From Clostridiales bacterium UBA5448 (GTDB lineage Bacteria > Bacillota > Clostridia > Oscillospirales > SIG627): a DNA stretch of 64,000 nucleotides. Numbering within the stretch: position 1 is the first letter of the stretch; each line of letters begins with the position of its first letter. Under the pieces are notes generated by a model. The model did no database searches, had not been told where the DNA came from, and saw only the letters and a list, made by a program, of their open reading frames with translations. The position numbers and the translations under genes are program-made. Shown one piece after another: positions 10,896-20,448 of this stretch. The stretch spans positions 921 to 64,920 of the forward strand of contig DIRA01000025.1 of NCBI GenBank assembly GCA_002427425.1. The letters run 5' to 3'.

Positions 10896-11579
10896 TTATA
10901 CCTCGTCAAACATGCCGCCGACGCGGTCAGCCGAAATCACACCGTCCGTCAGGACAACCACGCGCTTGTTATAATAGTCAACAATATCCCGGTTATGGGT
11001 AATCACAAGGACGGTCTTTCCCAATTGATGGATCTTTAATAACAGTTCCATCATTTCCACCGTCATCAACGGGTCGATGTTCCCCGTAGGTTCGTCCGCA
11101 ATGATGATTTCTGGATTGTTTACCAATGCGCGGGCGATGGCAACACGCTGCTTTTGACCGCCCGAAAGTTGATGAGGAAATGAATATGCTTTTTCTTCTA
11201 AATTAACCAGCTTCAAAAAGCGCATGACCCTTTTTTTTATGACACGGGTCGGTTCCCCCACCACACGCATGGCAAAAGCAACATTATCAAATACAGTCAT
11301 TTTCGGTAATAACCTGAAATCCTGAAATACAATGCCAATGGTACGGCGCAAATAGGGTATCTGCCGCTTTTTTATTTTTTCCAATTTATAGTTTCCCACA
11401 GTTAAAGAACCGGAGGTGATATCTTCTTCACATAACAATATTTTGGTGAGAGTCGTTTTACCGGAACCCGAGGCTCCCACAATGAATACAAATTCGCCCT
11501 CATCAATTTTCAAATCCACATTGTTGAGGGCTTTTGTATGATTGGGATAAACTTTTGTCACCTGATTCAGCTCAATCAT
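10896..11579 (-). CDS. ftsE: Cell division ATP-binding protein FtsE
   Basis: Walker A GASGSGKTT, signature LSGGQKQR, Walker B IIIADEPTG. Confidence 0.9.
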   Translation of the reverse strand: MIELNQVTKVYPNHTKALNNVDLKIDEGEFVFIVGASGSGKTTLTKILLCEEDITSGSLTVGNYKLEKIKKRQIPYLRRTIGIVFQDFRLLPKMTVFDNVAFAMRVVGEPTRVIKKRVMRFLKLVNLEEKAYSFPHQLSGGQKQRVAIARALVNNPEIIIADEPTGNIDPLMTVEMMELLLKIHQLGKTVLVITHNRDIVDYYNKRVVVLTDGVISADRVGGMFDEV

Positions 11580-11597
11580 TTTTATGCCTTCCCGGAA

Positions 11598-12683
11598 TTA
11601 ATACTTTGCGGGTCTGGATGAAAGATATTTCTTCACCATCAGCGCGACTTTAAACGTAATTGCGTGCTCAAACTCACGCAGATCCAAACCGGTGAGCTTT
11701 CTGATTTTTTCCAGTCTGTACACCAGGGTGTTTCTATGGACAAAAAGCTTGCGGGAAGTTTCGGAAACGTTCAAGTTGTTTTCAAAGAAGCATTGGATGG
11801 TAATCAAGGTTTCCCGATCCAAAGCCTCGATAGATCCTTTTTTGAACACCTCATGCAAAAACATTTCGCATAAAGTGGTAGGCAATTGGTAAATCAATCG
11901 GCCAATCCCTAAATTTTCGTAATTGATCACGCTTTTTTCGATTTCAAAAACCTTACCCACTTCAATGGCGACCTGGGCTTCTTTATAGGAACGAGCCAAA
12001 TCCTTGATGGCTTCCACAGCGGTGCCGATGCCAATAACCACTTTCAGGTAAAATTCCGCATTGAGGGTATCCACGATGGTTTTTGCCATATTTTCCAATT
12101 CTTTGGCTTCCACGTTCGTTTTGAATTCACGGACAAGAACCACATCATTTTCTCCAACACCGACCACATAATCTTTGTTTTTGTCAGGAAACATGTTCTG
12201 AATAATATCCAAAGGAACCGTATCCCCTTTTTCCATGAAGCGAATCAGGAATACAACCCTCGGAATATTATTGGAAATACGAAATTCCTTGGATTTCACA
12301 TAAATATCGCTGGGAAGAATGTTATCCAAAATAATATTTTTAATCAAAATCACCATGTCATACTTTTCATCGTACAACGATTTCATACTGGAAAGAGACG
12401 CAGACAAAATGAGTGACAAATGTTTAGAAATTTCATCCGTTCCCTGTACAAAAACAATATATTCGACCTTTCCATGGGTGGAAAACGGTTTGTATGTCAT
12501 ATCATTTAAGTAAAAAGAATCAGAAGTAAAAACCAACTCTTCCTTCACCATGGGGTTGTTTTCACCCATTCTGGCAGAGTCACTGCAAGCAATCACCGTT
12601 GCATTATCATCCATAACACCGATCGTTCGGTCTAAGGAATCTTTCATTTTGACAATAAAACCTTGAAACAATTTATTAGACAT
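11598..12683 (-). CDS. CdaR/PucR family transcriptional regulator
   Basis: C-terminal PucR-type HTH (NLNVSETSRKLFVHRNTLVYRLEKI). Start set at ATG 12683, preceded by GGAGGA. Confidence 0.8.
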   Translation of the reverse strand: MSNKLFQGFIVKMKDSLDRTIGVMDDNATVIACSDSARMGENNPMVKEELVFTSDSFYLNDMTYKPFSTHGKVEYIVFVQGTDEISKHLSLILSASLSSMKSLYDEKYDMVILIKNIILDNILPSDIYVKSKEFRISNNIPRVVFLIRFMEKGDTVPLDIIQNMFPDKNKDYVVGVGENDVVLVREFKTNVEAKELENMAKTIVDTLNAEFYLKVVIGIGTAVEAIKDLARSYKEAQVAIEVGKVFEIEKSVINYENLGIGRLIYQLPTTLCEMFLHEVFKKGSIEALDRETLITIQCFFENNLNVSETSRKLFVHRNTLVYRLEKIRKLTGLDLREFEHAITFKVALMVKKYLSSRPAKY

Positions 12684-12843
12684 ATGATAGGAATCCTCCG
12701 ATACTTTGGTTGATTTATACAAACATTTTAGTTTATTATATCTAATATTTGAAAATATTTCAAGTACTTATAGAAAAATTCACAAAATATTAGACACGAA
12801 AATGAATCGACTTGTTATTTGTATGAAAACTCAACCATTAACT

Positions 12844-13599
12844 TCATAATATTTTTTCGTACAACACCATAGATAGCACCGCAAGTGCGGCGGTTTCCGT
12901 TCTAAGAATCAATTTTCCAAGGGTAACCGTGGGAATGCCTGCGTTTTGCGCCAGAAACACTTCACCACAGGAAAGACCGCCTTCCGGACCGATGAAAAAA
13001 CCGATCTTCTCGGCATCACACCCGATGACTTCCCGAATCGACCGTTTGTTTTCCCCCTCAAAACAAATAAAAGAGGCTGGCATTGCTTCTAACCGTACAA
13101 TCATATCACGAAAAGAAATGCAATCCGATACCTTGGGAATGCTGCTGCGACCGCTTTGCTTGGCAGCTTCTATGGCAACTCTCTGCCAACGTTCTATCTT
13201 TTTTTTGAGGTTTTTTTCATCCGGCGTGCTGACGCATCGTTCGCACAGAACCGGCACCACCTCATGCACGCCGAGTTCGACGGCATGCCGGATGACACTG
13301 TCCATTTTATCCCCTTTAATCAGGGCTTGAAATAACACGATCTGATAGGATAGCTCTGTTTGCTCTTCCTTTTTTTCCGCCACTTCCAAAACAATGCTCT
13401 CCCCGCCCGGCGTGGTTTTTACAGTGCGTATATGACAAATGTATTGATGCTGCGCCATATCACAAACCAACACCCGATCTCCTTCTTTCATGCGAAGAAC
13501 CCGGGCAATGTGATGGGCGTCGCTTCCATCCAGCGTAAATATTGTGCCCTGCCCGGAAAAAGAGGAGGAAACGGCGTTGGATATAAAAAACCTCCTCAT
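12844..13599 (-). CDS. rsmE: 16S rRNA (uracil1498-N3)-methyltransferase
   Basis: PUA-like N-terminus plus SPOUT C-terminus (FFIGPEGGLS..LGKLILRTETAAL). Confidence 0.9.
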   Translation of the reverse strand: MRRFFISNAVSSSFSGQGTIFTLDGSDAHHIARVLRMKEGDRVLVCDMAQHQYICHIRTVKTTPGGESIVLEVAEKKEEQTELSYQIVLFQALIKGDKMDSVIRHAVELGVHEVVPVLCERCVSTPDEKNLKKKIERWQRVAIEAAKQSGRSSIPKVSDCISFRDMIVRLEAMPASFICFEGENKRSIREVIGCDAEKIGFFIGPEGGLSCGEVFLAQNAGIPTVTLGKLILRTETAALAVLSMVLYEKIL

Positions 13600-15041
13600 T
13601 CGGATAGCTCCTTAACCCGTAAATAAATGAAGAAAATGATCATCGCATACATAACAAAAGGCAATGACAGCAACAGGGGATGAAACGTGTATACCCCGAT
13701 AAACAAAGATAATACGACCAACATGATGTATGCCATGATAACCAGCTTTTTGTTTTCCCGGCTTTTCAGCTCGGACTTTACCGCTTCCCTTAGACATATA
13801 TCCGCTTTCTCATGCAAAACAGCTGCGTTCAGCTTCAAACCTTCGGTATAAAACGGCGTAAGAGATAACACCAGATTATTAGGATTCTTTTTCATGGCGA
13901 TCAAACGCAAGGGGGATTCCTGAGAAGACATACATTTTGCATCCCATCCTTTTTTGACCGCCAATTCACATCCGGTTTCCAGGGTACCCAATTTTACGAT
14001 ATGATCCAAAATCATGGATGTCGGATATGTAGATAATTGCTCTATTTGTTCGACGTTGGAAATATAACCGTTCATCATTTGCTGCTTGATTGTTTCCAGA
14101 CGAATCAAAATGAAAATCGGCACCACCCATTGACTCATGGATACTATGCCCAGAACCAATAAAAAAGGCAACAAATGCTCCATGGAAATGAAGCCAAAAA
14201 TTTGCAAGCCGGTGACGGTCGCGGCCAATACTGTAAAGGCACAGGAAATTAAAAAAGAAAGTGTACCGTATGGATTGGCAGTCATCACCTGGGAAAACAA
14301 GGTCCTGATCCGCTCTTTGTAGGCAACATAATAGGAAGCTGAGGGCAGCCGTACCACTTCCACCATTACATCCCCGGAAACCACCCTGAACCCTTGTGCC
14401 AATCCATCACCGACCCCGTAGGATCGAGATGAATCCAAACCATACATCCCGTGGCTGCACAAGCAGGACCCCTGTAAAATCCTGCCGTCTGCAGGGATGA
14501 ATTCCCCTGTGGACAACAGAATGCAGTCGCCAATGCTCAATTTTCCCCCTTCATTTTGTTTTACAAAACGTTGGGCAACCGTGGGAATGGGGGGAAATAA
14601 AAAATCATTCCGGGTAGCCATTACAATAAAAACAACAGAATCTAAAATATGATAAGCCAAAAGTAAAATAACGACATGGTTTTTATAACCGGAAAAAATC
14701 AAAAGAGTAATAAATATCAGCAAAAACAACCAATGGAAATCGGTTTTCTTTTTCTTGAGTTCTCTGCGAACAGAAAAGATCACAGGTGAAAAAAGGACAA
14801 GAAACAACAAGGTATACACCCCGTTTTGAACGGCAAATGCATCCCGCGTCACATACACACCAAAAAACAAGGAGCCAATAAACAGAAAATACGACAATTT
14901 AGATAAAAGAAAAAAAGCGGTATTTTTGGCATATGAAAAAACAGTACAGCTGTTCAGGAAAAACGACAGATTAACCCCATCTTCATATGAAGTGGAGATC
15001 TTAATACGTCCAAAAAACTCGTCCTGCACTGTCCTGTTCAT
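13596..15041 (-). CDS. Polytopic membrane protein with a P-type-ATPase actuator-like segment but no recognisable catalytic motifs
   Basis: GDCILLSTGEFIPADGRILQG resembles the A-domain of P-type ATPases. No TGES, DKTGT or GDGxND is seen. ATG 15041 avoids overlap with recR; an alternative TTG start lies at 15086. 4-nt overlap with rsmE. Confidence 0.55.
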   Translation of the reverse strand: MNRTVQDEFFGRIKISTSYEDGVNLSFFLNSCTVFSYAKNTAFFLLSKLSYFLFIGSLFFGVYVTRDAFAVQNGVYTLLFLVLFSPVIFSVRRELKKKKTDFHWLFLLIFITLLIFSGYKNHVVILLLAYHILDSVVFIVMATRNDFLFPPIPTVAQRFVKQNEGGKLSIGDCILLSTGEFIPADGRILQGSCLCSHGMYGLDSSRSYGVGDGLAQGFRVVSGDVMVEVVRLPSASYYVAYKERIRTLFSQVMTANPYGTLSFLISCAFTVLAATVTGLQIFGFISMEHLLPFLLVLGIVSMSQWVVPIFILIRLETIKQQMMNGYISNVEQIEQLSTYPTSMILDHIVKLGTLETGCELAVKKGWDAKCMSSQESPLRLIAMKKNPNNLVLSLTPFYTEGLKLNAAVLHEKADICLREAVKSELKSRENKKLVIMAYIMLVVLSLFIGVYTFHPLLLSLPFVMYAMIIFFIYLRVKELSE

Positions 15042-15063
15042 TTTTGCCACACAAACTCCGAAA

Positions 15064-15660
15064 TCAAATTTTCCTTCTGCCTTCAATGGCGCGGAACAAC
15101 GTCATGTCATCCGCATATTGCAGTTCACCGCCCACGGGAATGCCATATGCCAGCCGTGTGGTCAACACATCCATGGGCTTAATCAATTTCGCTATATATA
15201 AAGCCGTAGCTTCTCCTTCGACGCTGGGATTGGTGGCAAGAATCACTTCTTTCACCTTGCCGTCCAAGCGTCTGAGCAGTTCACGTACCAGCAAACGGTC
15301 GGGACCGATGCCGTCCGTGGGAGAAATCAAACCACCCAAAACATGATATAACCCGTGATATTCCCGCATTTTTTCCAATGCAGCCACATCACGGGAATCT
15401 TCTACCACACAAAGAATACTTTGATCCCGATGTGAATCCAAACAAACGGAGCATACGTCGCCTTCACAAATATCCCCGCAGATTTTACAACGGGAAATAT
15501 GGGCTTTTGCAGCTATAATGGCATCAGCAAAGGCCTGGGCATCTTCCGACGGCATATCCAATACCGCAAAGGTCATACGTTTTGCAGATTTGATTCCTAC
15601 ACCGGGGAGCCGTCTAAACTGCTCAACCAGGCGATCAAAGGGAGGTAACGATTTAGTCAT
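15064..15660 (-). CDS. recR: Recombination protein RecR
   Basis: HhH, C4 zinc finger (CKICGDICEGDVCSVC), Toprim (ILCVVEDSRDV). Confidence 0.95.
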   Translation of the reverse strand: MTKSLPPFDRLVEQFRRLPGVGIKSAKRMTFAVLDMPSEDAQAFADAIIAAKAHISRCKICGDICEGDVCSVCLDSHRDQSILCVVEDSRDVAALEKMREYHGLYHVLGGLISPTDGIGPDRLLVRELLRRLDGKVKEVILATNPSVEGEATALYIAKLIKPMDVLTTRLAYGIPVGGELQYADDMTLFRAIEGRRKI

Positions 15661-15661
15661 A

Positions 15662-16009
15662 TCAGAATAAACCGGGCATATTCAACGCACCGGTGATGCT
15701 TTCCATTTCATTTTTATTGGTATCTTCGATCCGTTTGATGCCTTCATTGAAAGCGGCGATGAGAATATCCTGAAGGGTTTCGGGATCATCGGGATCAATG
15801 ACATCCGGTTGAATATGCAAAGAAACGACCTCCTTGGTGCCCTTCATTTTCAAAGTCACCATGCCGCCGCCGGCTTTGATTTCATATTCACGGTTGTTCA
15901 GGTCTTCCTGCAGTGCCGCCATGTCCTCCTGCATTTTCTGCGCCTGTTTCAACATGGAGTTCATGTTTTCGGGTCCTTTTCCCATTCCTTTGGGTAATCT
16001 TGCTTTCAT
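15662..16009 (-). CDS. ybaB: Nucleoid-associated protein YbaB/EbfC
   Basis: 115 aa; MLKQAQKMQEDM..GGMVTLKMKG; canonical dnaX-ybaB-recR order. Confidence 0.9.
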   Translation of the reverse strand: MKARLPKGMGKGPENMNSMLKQAQKMQEDMAALQEDLNNREYEIKAGGGMVTLKMKGTKEVVSLHIQPDVIDPDDPETLQDILIAAFNEGIKRIEDTNKNEMESITGALNMPGLF

Positions 16010-16027
16010 ACGCGTATTCCTTTCGAT

Positions 16028-17545
16028 TCATTCAAGTAAAGTATCCAGATCATTCTTTCGAGCCGTCTGTGAAGTGTTTATAAATACAATATCCGTCAGA
16101 TTCGGTTGCCATGATTTCGCCAAATCAAATATCAGAGTTTTGTAGGGATCCTGTTCCAGAATACTCATCGTAAAGGATTCACACGCCACTTCCAAGCGAT
16201 TGTTGGATTCATAAAAATTGGTACTTTTTAAAAAAGTGGATACGATGGGATTTTCCGATAATTTTTGAAGCAAGGCAACCCGATGGGTAAAGGGCCTTCG
16301 TTCTGTATTCCCGCCGCTTTCTACCGTCGCCACCTTTTTTGGGGAAGGTTCAGATCCTTTGATAGGGACAGGCTTGCTCACGGTTTGAACTTGCGCCGCT
16401 TTCACGCTGCTGCTTTCCAAAGCGGCAATCCTGGACAGCAAAGCAGCCGGGGAATCCATCAGCGTCTCATCGCAGAACCGGATGAGCATGGCTTCCAGGG
16501 AAGCACGCTTGGCACTGCCCAAATAGTCGTATTTATACAGCAAATCCTGGGCAGTTTGCATCATATATTGAATGTGTTCTCCTTTTAGCTTGCCTGCCAA
16601 CCGGAGAATGTCATCGGTTTCTGATTCGTAACAATCCAAATAGCCCTTAGGATCGGACACAGAACGGGCAATCATCAAGTCCCGCAAGGCTTTGATCAAA
16701 TCGAGTAAAAAAGTTTTCAAATCTCCCCGCGTGGTGTAAATACGATCAAAGGAATCGATGACCCCTGCCATGTTTTTATCGGCAATTTGCTCCAATGCGG
16801 ACAACATAATTTGCCTGTCGGGCAAACCCAATATGACGGGCACGGCTTTCGCATCCAATGGCCCGGTATGTCCGATAAAACTTTCCAACAAGGTCAAGGC
16901 ATCCCGCATGGCACCATCGGAGGAGCGGGCAATGACCATCGCCCCATCACGGAGCAAAGGAATGTTTTCCGCCCGTGCCACTTCCATCACCCGATCGGCA
17001 ATGACTTCCGGTTTGATACGCTGAAAATCAAAACGCTGACAGCGGGACAATACCGTGGGAGGAATTTTATGCACCTCGGTGGTGGCCAATATGAACAATA
17101 CATGAGAAGGCGGTTCTTCCAAAGTTTTTAAAATAGCATTGAATGCGCTGATGGAAAGCATATGTACTTCATCGATGATGTACACCCGTTTTTTTACCTG
17201 GCTGGGCAAATAAAGGAGTTTATCACACAAGGTACGGATATCCCCTACGCCGTTATTGCTGGCAGCATCCATTTCCACCACATCCAGAATGGTGCCGTCG
17301 TCTATACCAAGACAGGACGAACATCCGTTACAGGGATTTCCGTTCTCCAGATGTTCACAGTTAACGGCTTTGGCGAGAATTTTTGCACAGGTGGTTTTGC
17401 CTGTTCCCCTTGTTCCGCAAAATAAATACGCGTGGGATAGCTTGTCTTCCATCAATTGCTGACGAAGCACAGCGGTCATATGTTCGCGTCCATATACATC
17501 ATCAAAGACTTTCGGACGCCATTTGCGGTACAATGCCTGATACAT
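16028..17545 (-). CDS. dnaX: DNA polymerase III subunit gamma/tau
   Basis: YRKWRP, Walker A GTRGTGKTT, zinc module CNGCSSC, DEVHMLS, SRCQRFDF. Confidence 0.95.
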   Translation of the reverse strand: MYQALYRKWRPKVFDDVYGREHMTAVLRQQLMEDKLSHAYLFCGTRGTGKTTCAKILAKAVNCEHLENGNPCNGCSSCLGIDDGTILDVVEMDAASNNGVGDIRTLCDKLLYLPSQVKKRVYIIDEVHMLSISAFNAILKTLEEPPSHVLFILATTEVHKIPPTVLSRCQRFDFQRIKPEVIADRVMEVARAENIPLLRDGAMVIARSSDGAMRDALTLLESFIGHTGPLDAKAVPVILGLPDRQIMLSALEQIADKNMAGVIDSFDRIYTTRGDLKTFLLDLIKALRDLMIARSVSDPKGYLDCYESETDDILRLAGKLKGEHIQYMMQTAQDLLYKYDYLGSAKRASLEAMLIRFCDETLMDSPAALLSRIAALESSSVKAAQVQTVSKPVPIKGSEPSPKKVATVESGGNTERRPFTHRVALLQKLSENPIVSTFLKSTNFYESNNRLEVACESFTMSILEQDPYKTLIFDLAKSWQPNLTDIVFINTSQTARKNDLDTLLE

Positions 17546-17614
17546 GGTTGCTCTCCTTCGGTAAAGATAATCGTAGGGGAAAAATATCCAAATTTACAAT
17601 GACAGGATACAAAG

Positions 17615-17888
17615 AAAGACTGTGCCCTGGCTTCGAATACGCACTCAGGCGCGCTTTCCGCTGTTCCGGCTCAGAACAGGCTGACCTGCGGCACATGAAG
17701 ATAACCACTTAATGCTGCTTGGTTCCCCATCTGACATGGTTCACGGTTCTTCATTGCACAGGACCCATTCATCAACACCGGTTCAGCGGCGCTGCCGCCC
17801 AACTGCGACCCTCAAGCGAGGTATTCTCCCCTGCTATAGCGGATTGCAGGTTCAAGGCACCGCTGGCTCCCCGGATAGCACAGTCTTC
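17615..17888 (-). ncRNA. ffs: Signal recognition particle RNA, long Bacillus/Clostridium type with Alu domain
   Basis: The reverse complement reads GACUGUGCUAUCCGGGGAGCCAGCGGUGCCUUGAACCUGCAAUCCGCUAUAGCAGGG...GAACCAUGUCAGAUGGGGAACCAAGCAGCAUUAAGUG...CAUGUGCCGCAGGUCAGCC...GGGCACAGUC. This tracks the B. subtilis scRNA as I recall it, both in the 5' Alu block and the domain IV block. The 5' GACUGUGC pairs with the 3' GCACAGUC. The position immediately upstream of dnaX is conserved. Ends are approximate, within about 5 nt. Confidence 0.85.
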
Positions 17889-17910
17889 TTTTGTATCCCA
17901 TCAAAACGTA

Positions 17911-18342
17911 TTACAGTATTTTATCGTACATTTCAATCCTTTCTTTGTGCCGTCCCCCCTCAAAAGAAGTACACAGAAAGAGACGGGTCAGTTCCCATGC
18001 TTTTTCCACCGACAGCACCCGGCCGCCCAAACAAAGAATGTTTGCATTGTTATGGGCACGAGACATTTTCACGGAAAAGGAATCGCAGGCAAGCATGGCG
18101 CGAATACCGGAACGTTTATTGGCACTCATCATCATACCCACGCCGGTTCCACAGAATAATAAGCCGAAATCGGCATTTTTATTCATTACTTCCTTGCACA
18201 CCGCTGCAGAAAACGCAGGATAATGGCAGGCGTTTCCGTCACATCCCAAATCCACACAGGTGTAACCGTTCTCCGTTAATAATTTTGTTATAGTTTGCGC
18301 CAGATCATATCCGGCGTGATCGGTTCCAATGGCGATTGTCAT
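17911..18342 (-). CDS. rpiB: Ribose-5-phosphate isomerase B
   Basis: IAIGTDHAG, CGTGVGMMMSANK, RpiB/LacAB family, 143 aa. Confidence 0.9.
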   Translation of the reverse strand: MTIAIGTDHAGYDLAQTITKLLTENGYTCVDLGCDGNACHYPAFSAAVCKEVMNKNADFGLLFCGTGVGMMMSANKRSGIRAMLACDSFSVKMSRAHNNANILCLGGRVLSVEKAWELTRLFLCTSFEGGRHKERIEMYDKIL

Positions 18343-18357
18343 GAATACTCCTTATTT

Positions 18358-20433
18358 TTACGACTTTCCTACTGTAATTTGAAACAAATTGAAATTGCGA
18401 ATAAAATAAAATTGCCCGTTTTTCCCCATACGCATATCCCAACCGCAAGACGATTTCAAGCAGTTTAAGGTTAAATCACGCCAGGGAATGGCATAAAAAC
18501 TTTGGTTTTCCCGGCAATTCATATATAAAACATCTTTGGTCACGCAAAGAGAAACAGCATCTTTTTTTCCGGCAGATACAACGGACAATTCCTGGGCTTG
18601 GACAAAAGCGTTCTTTTCCAAGCTGAATTGGAACAAGTGATAGGCACTGCCGATACCCCACAAATCGCCATCCGGTCCCAGAACCATCGCTTTCACCCCA
18701 TGGATGGATTTATGAATATCCCCCATATAGGTATAGCGATCGTTGGCAATGGTACAGGCTACCAATTGGGCGGAGGAAGCACCGTCATTAGCGGTTGTGG
18801 CACAATAGACCACACCGTCGGCATAAGCCATGGCGGTCACAGAATGATCGGAAACCAAATCAAATTTCACATGATAGTCCAAAGTGGTCAAATCGATGAT
18901 ACACAAGGCGCCGGTGGTATAGTCTTCAGCCGGAGATGTGGCAACCAATATAATGTTTTCTTTCTCCACGGCGAGCATGGACAACGTTCCGCTCTGGGGA
19001 AACACGGAAGAAGAAATGGTACATACAGGCGAGGGATTGGATGCGGTGGAATTGGTCATGTTCCATTCTTTGGAACGGTCATATGCCAACACCTGAACTC
19101 CGTTGGACACATTTCTGGTATAAAACACATACCGCTCTGTGGCACAAACATCGTCCACGGCAGGAAGTCCGGGCAACTCAACCAGCGTATCTGCTCCGGG
19201 ATCGTAATAACCGGCCCCGCAGGACGAGCTTCCGGCATATAGGATGCCGTCTTTATCCATATCAATGCAAGAAAGAAGCGAAGCAGTTCCTTCCAATTCA
19301 ACGGTCATGTGGCTGACGGTTTTTTTATCGATGTTATACACAATCATGGCACCGTTGGATCCATCCAGCCCAATAAGGCAGAGTCCATCATTTAAATCAA
19401 AAAAGTCCCAGTTAATTACAAAAGACCAAACCGACAATCCGGAAACGGGATGAAAGGTATCGTTGACAAGATTATATTGACAAATTTTTCGATTATGATC
19501 TACAAAATAAAAATATTTTCCATCCGGTGAAACAGGAGAAATGCTCCGCACCGTACAGGGAATCTCGGTCATTCTTTCTCCTGTGGACGAATTGATTACG
19601 TTGATCACTCGTCCGGAGGTGGGATTGAGAAGAATGAGTTGATTTTGTCCCTGGGTCTGACAAACCAGGCGATTTCCAATGATGTTGATATCAAAAATAG
19701 TATTGGTCAGCTTTTTATAGGCATTTGGCAAAATATCTTCCGGCGCCCTGTCCAATGAAGTATATCGATAAATACAGGTTTTGGATTTATCATCTCTGCT
19801 GAGCACGTAGTAATTTCCGTTTGCCGGATTATATGCCGTAGCATATTGAGCAATAGCCGTCGCTTTCGGTACGGCATACCGTTTGAGTTGATTGGACTTG
19901 GGTGAATATACAAAAAACTGATCATTTCCCACAAGGCCACAAATCAAGTTTCCCCCTTTATCTTCAGACATGGCAACCAGATTTTGTTCCATCTGCGCCA
20001 CGAGGGTAAATTCTCCGGTTTTCACCTGATACCGATACAAGGCAGGTGTTTTAAATGCCGTCAAGTAAATGTCGCCGGAAGAATGGGCAAATACTTCATA
20101 CACCGACAAACTGGTGGACAATTTATACGATTGAATCAATGTACCGCTCACCGGATCCACGATCTGAAACGACGCATAGGAATCACCGTTGATACCGCAG
20201 TACAAACGGGGATTGCCATCCTGATCATATCCGCCGATACACATGTTTGCCTGGATGGAATAGGTCATATTGCCGATTTCCGTCATGGTTACAGATCGAT
20301 GCAATGAGGTATCCTCCTCATCGTTGTTCAACGGCGTCTCATCATCCGGTTGAGACCCGCCGCACCCCATGAGGCTCAGAAGGGCAATGATGCATATGAC
20401 GGAAAACAGTTTTTTCAATACATCCATCCCCAT
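18358..20433 (-). CDS. Large lipoprotein with many beta-propeller-like blade repeats
   Basis: Lipobox LSLMGC|GG after an N-terminal hydrophobic helix. About a dozen recurring ~45-aa units end in aromatic-rich strands (DGKYFYFVD.., DGILYAGSS.., DGVVYCATT.., NGQFYFIRN..). Confidence 0.6.
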   Translation of the reverse strand: MGMDVLKKLFSVICIIALLSLMGCGGSQPDDETPLNNDEEDTSLHRSVTMTEIGNMTYSIQANMCIGGYDQDGNPRLYCGINGDSYASFQIVDPVSGTLIQSYKLSTSLSVYEVFAHSSGDIYLTAFKTPALYRYQVKTGEFTLVAQMEQNLVAMSEDKGGNLICGLVGNDQFFVYSPKSNQLKRYAVPKATAIAQYATAYNPANGNYYVLSRDDKSKTCIYRYTSLDRAPEDILPNAYKKLTNTIFDINIIGNRLVCQTQGQNQLILLNPTSGRVINVINSSTGERMTEIPCTVRSISPVSPDGKYFYFVDHNRKICQYNLVNDTFHPVSGLSVWSFVINWDFFDLNDGLCLIGLDGSNGAMIVYNIDKKTVSHMTVELEGTASLLSCIDMDKDGILYAGSSSCGAGYYDPGADTLVELPGLPAVDDVCATERYVFYTRNVSNGVQVLAYDRSKEWNMTNSTASNPSPVCTISSSVFPQSGTLSMLAVEKENIILVATSPAEDYTTGALCIIDLTTLDYHVKFDLVSDHSVTAMAYADGVVYCATTANDGASSAQLVACTIANDRYTYMGDIHKSIHGVKAMVLGPDGDLWGIGSAYHLFQFSLEKNAFVQAQELSVVSAGKKDAVSLCVTKDVLYMNCRENQSFYAIPWRDLTLNCLKSSCGWDMRMGKNGQFYFIRNFNLFQITVGKS

Positions 20434-20448
20434 TACACATCTCCTTTT

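Noticed and set aside
17712-18293. 193-aa and 146-aa plus-strand ORFs
   Set aside because: They overlap the SRP RNA and run antisense to rpiB. The translations are Arg/Ser/Pro/His-rich nonsense.
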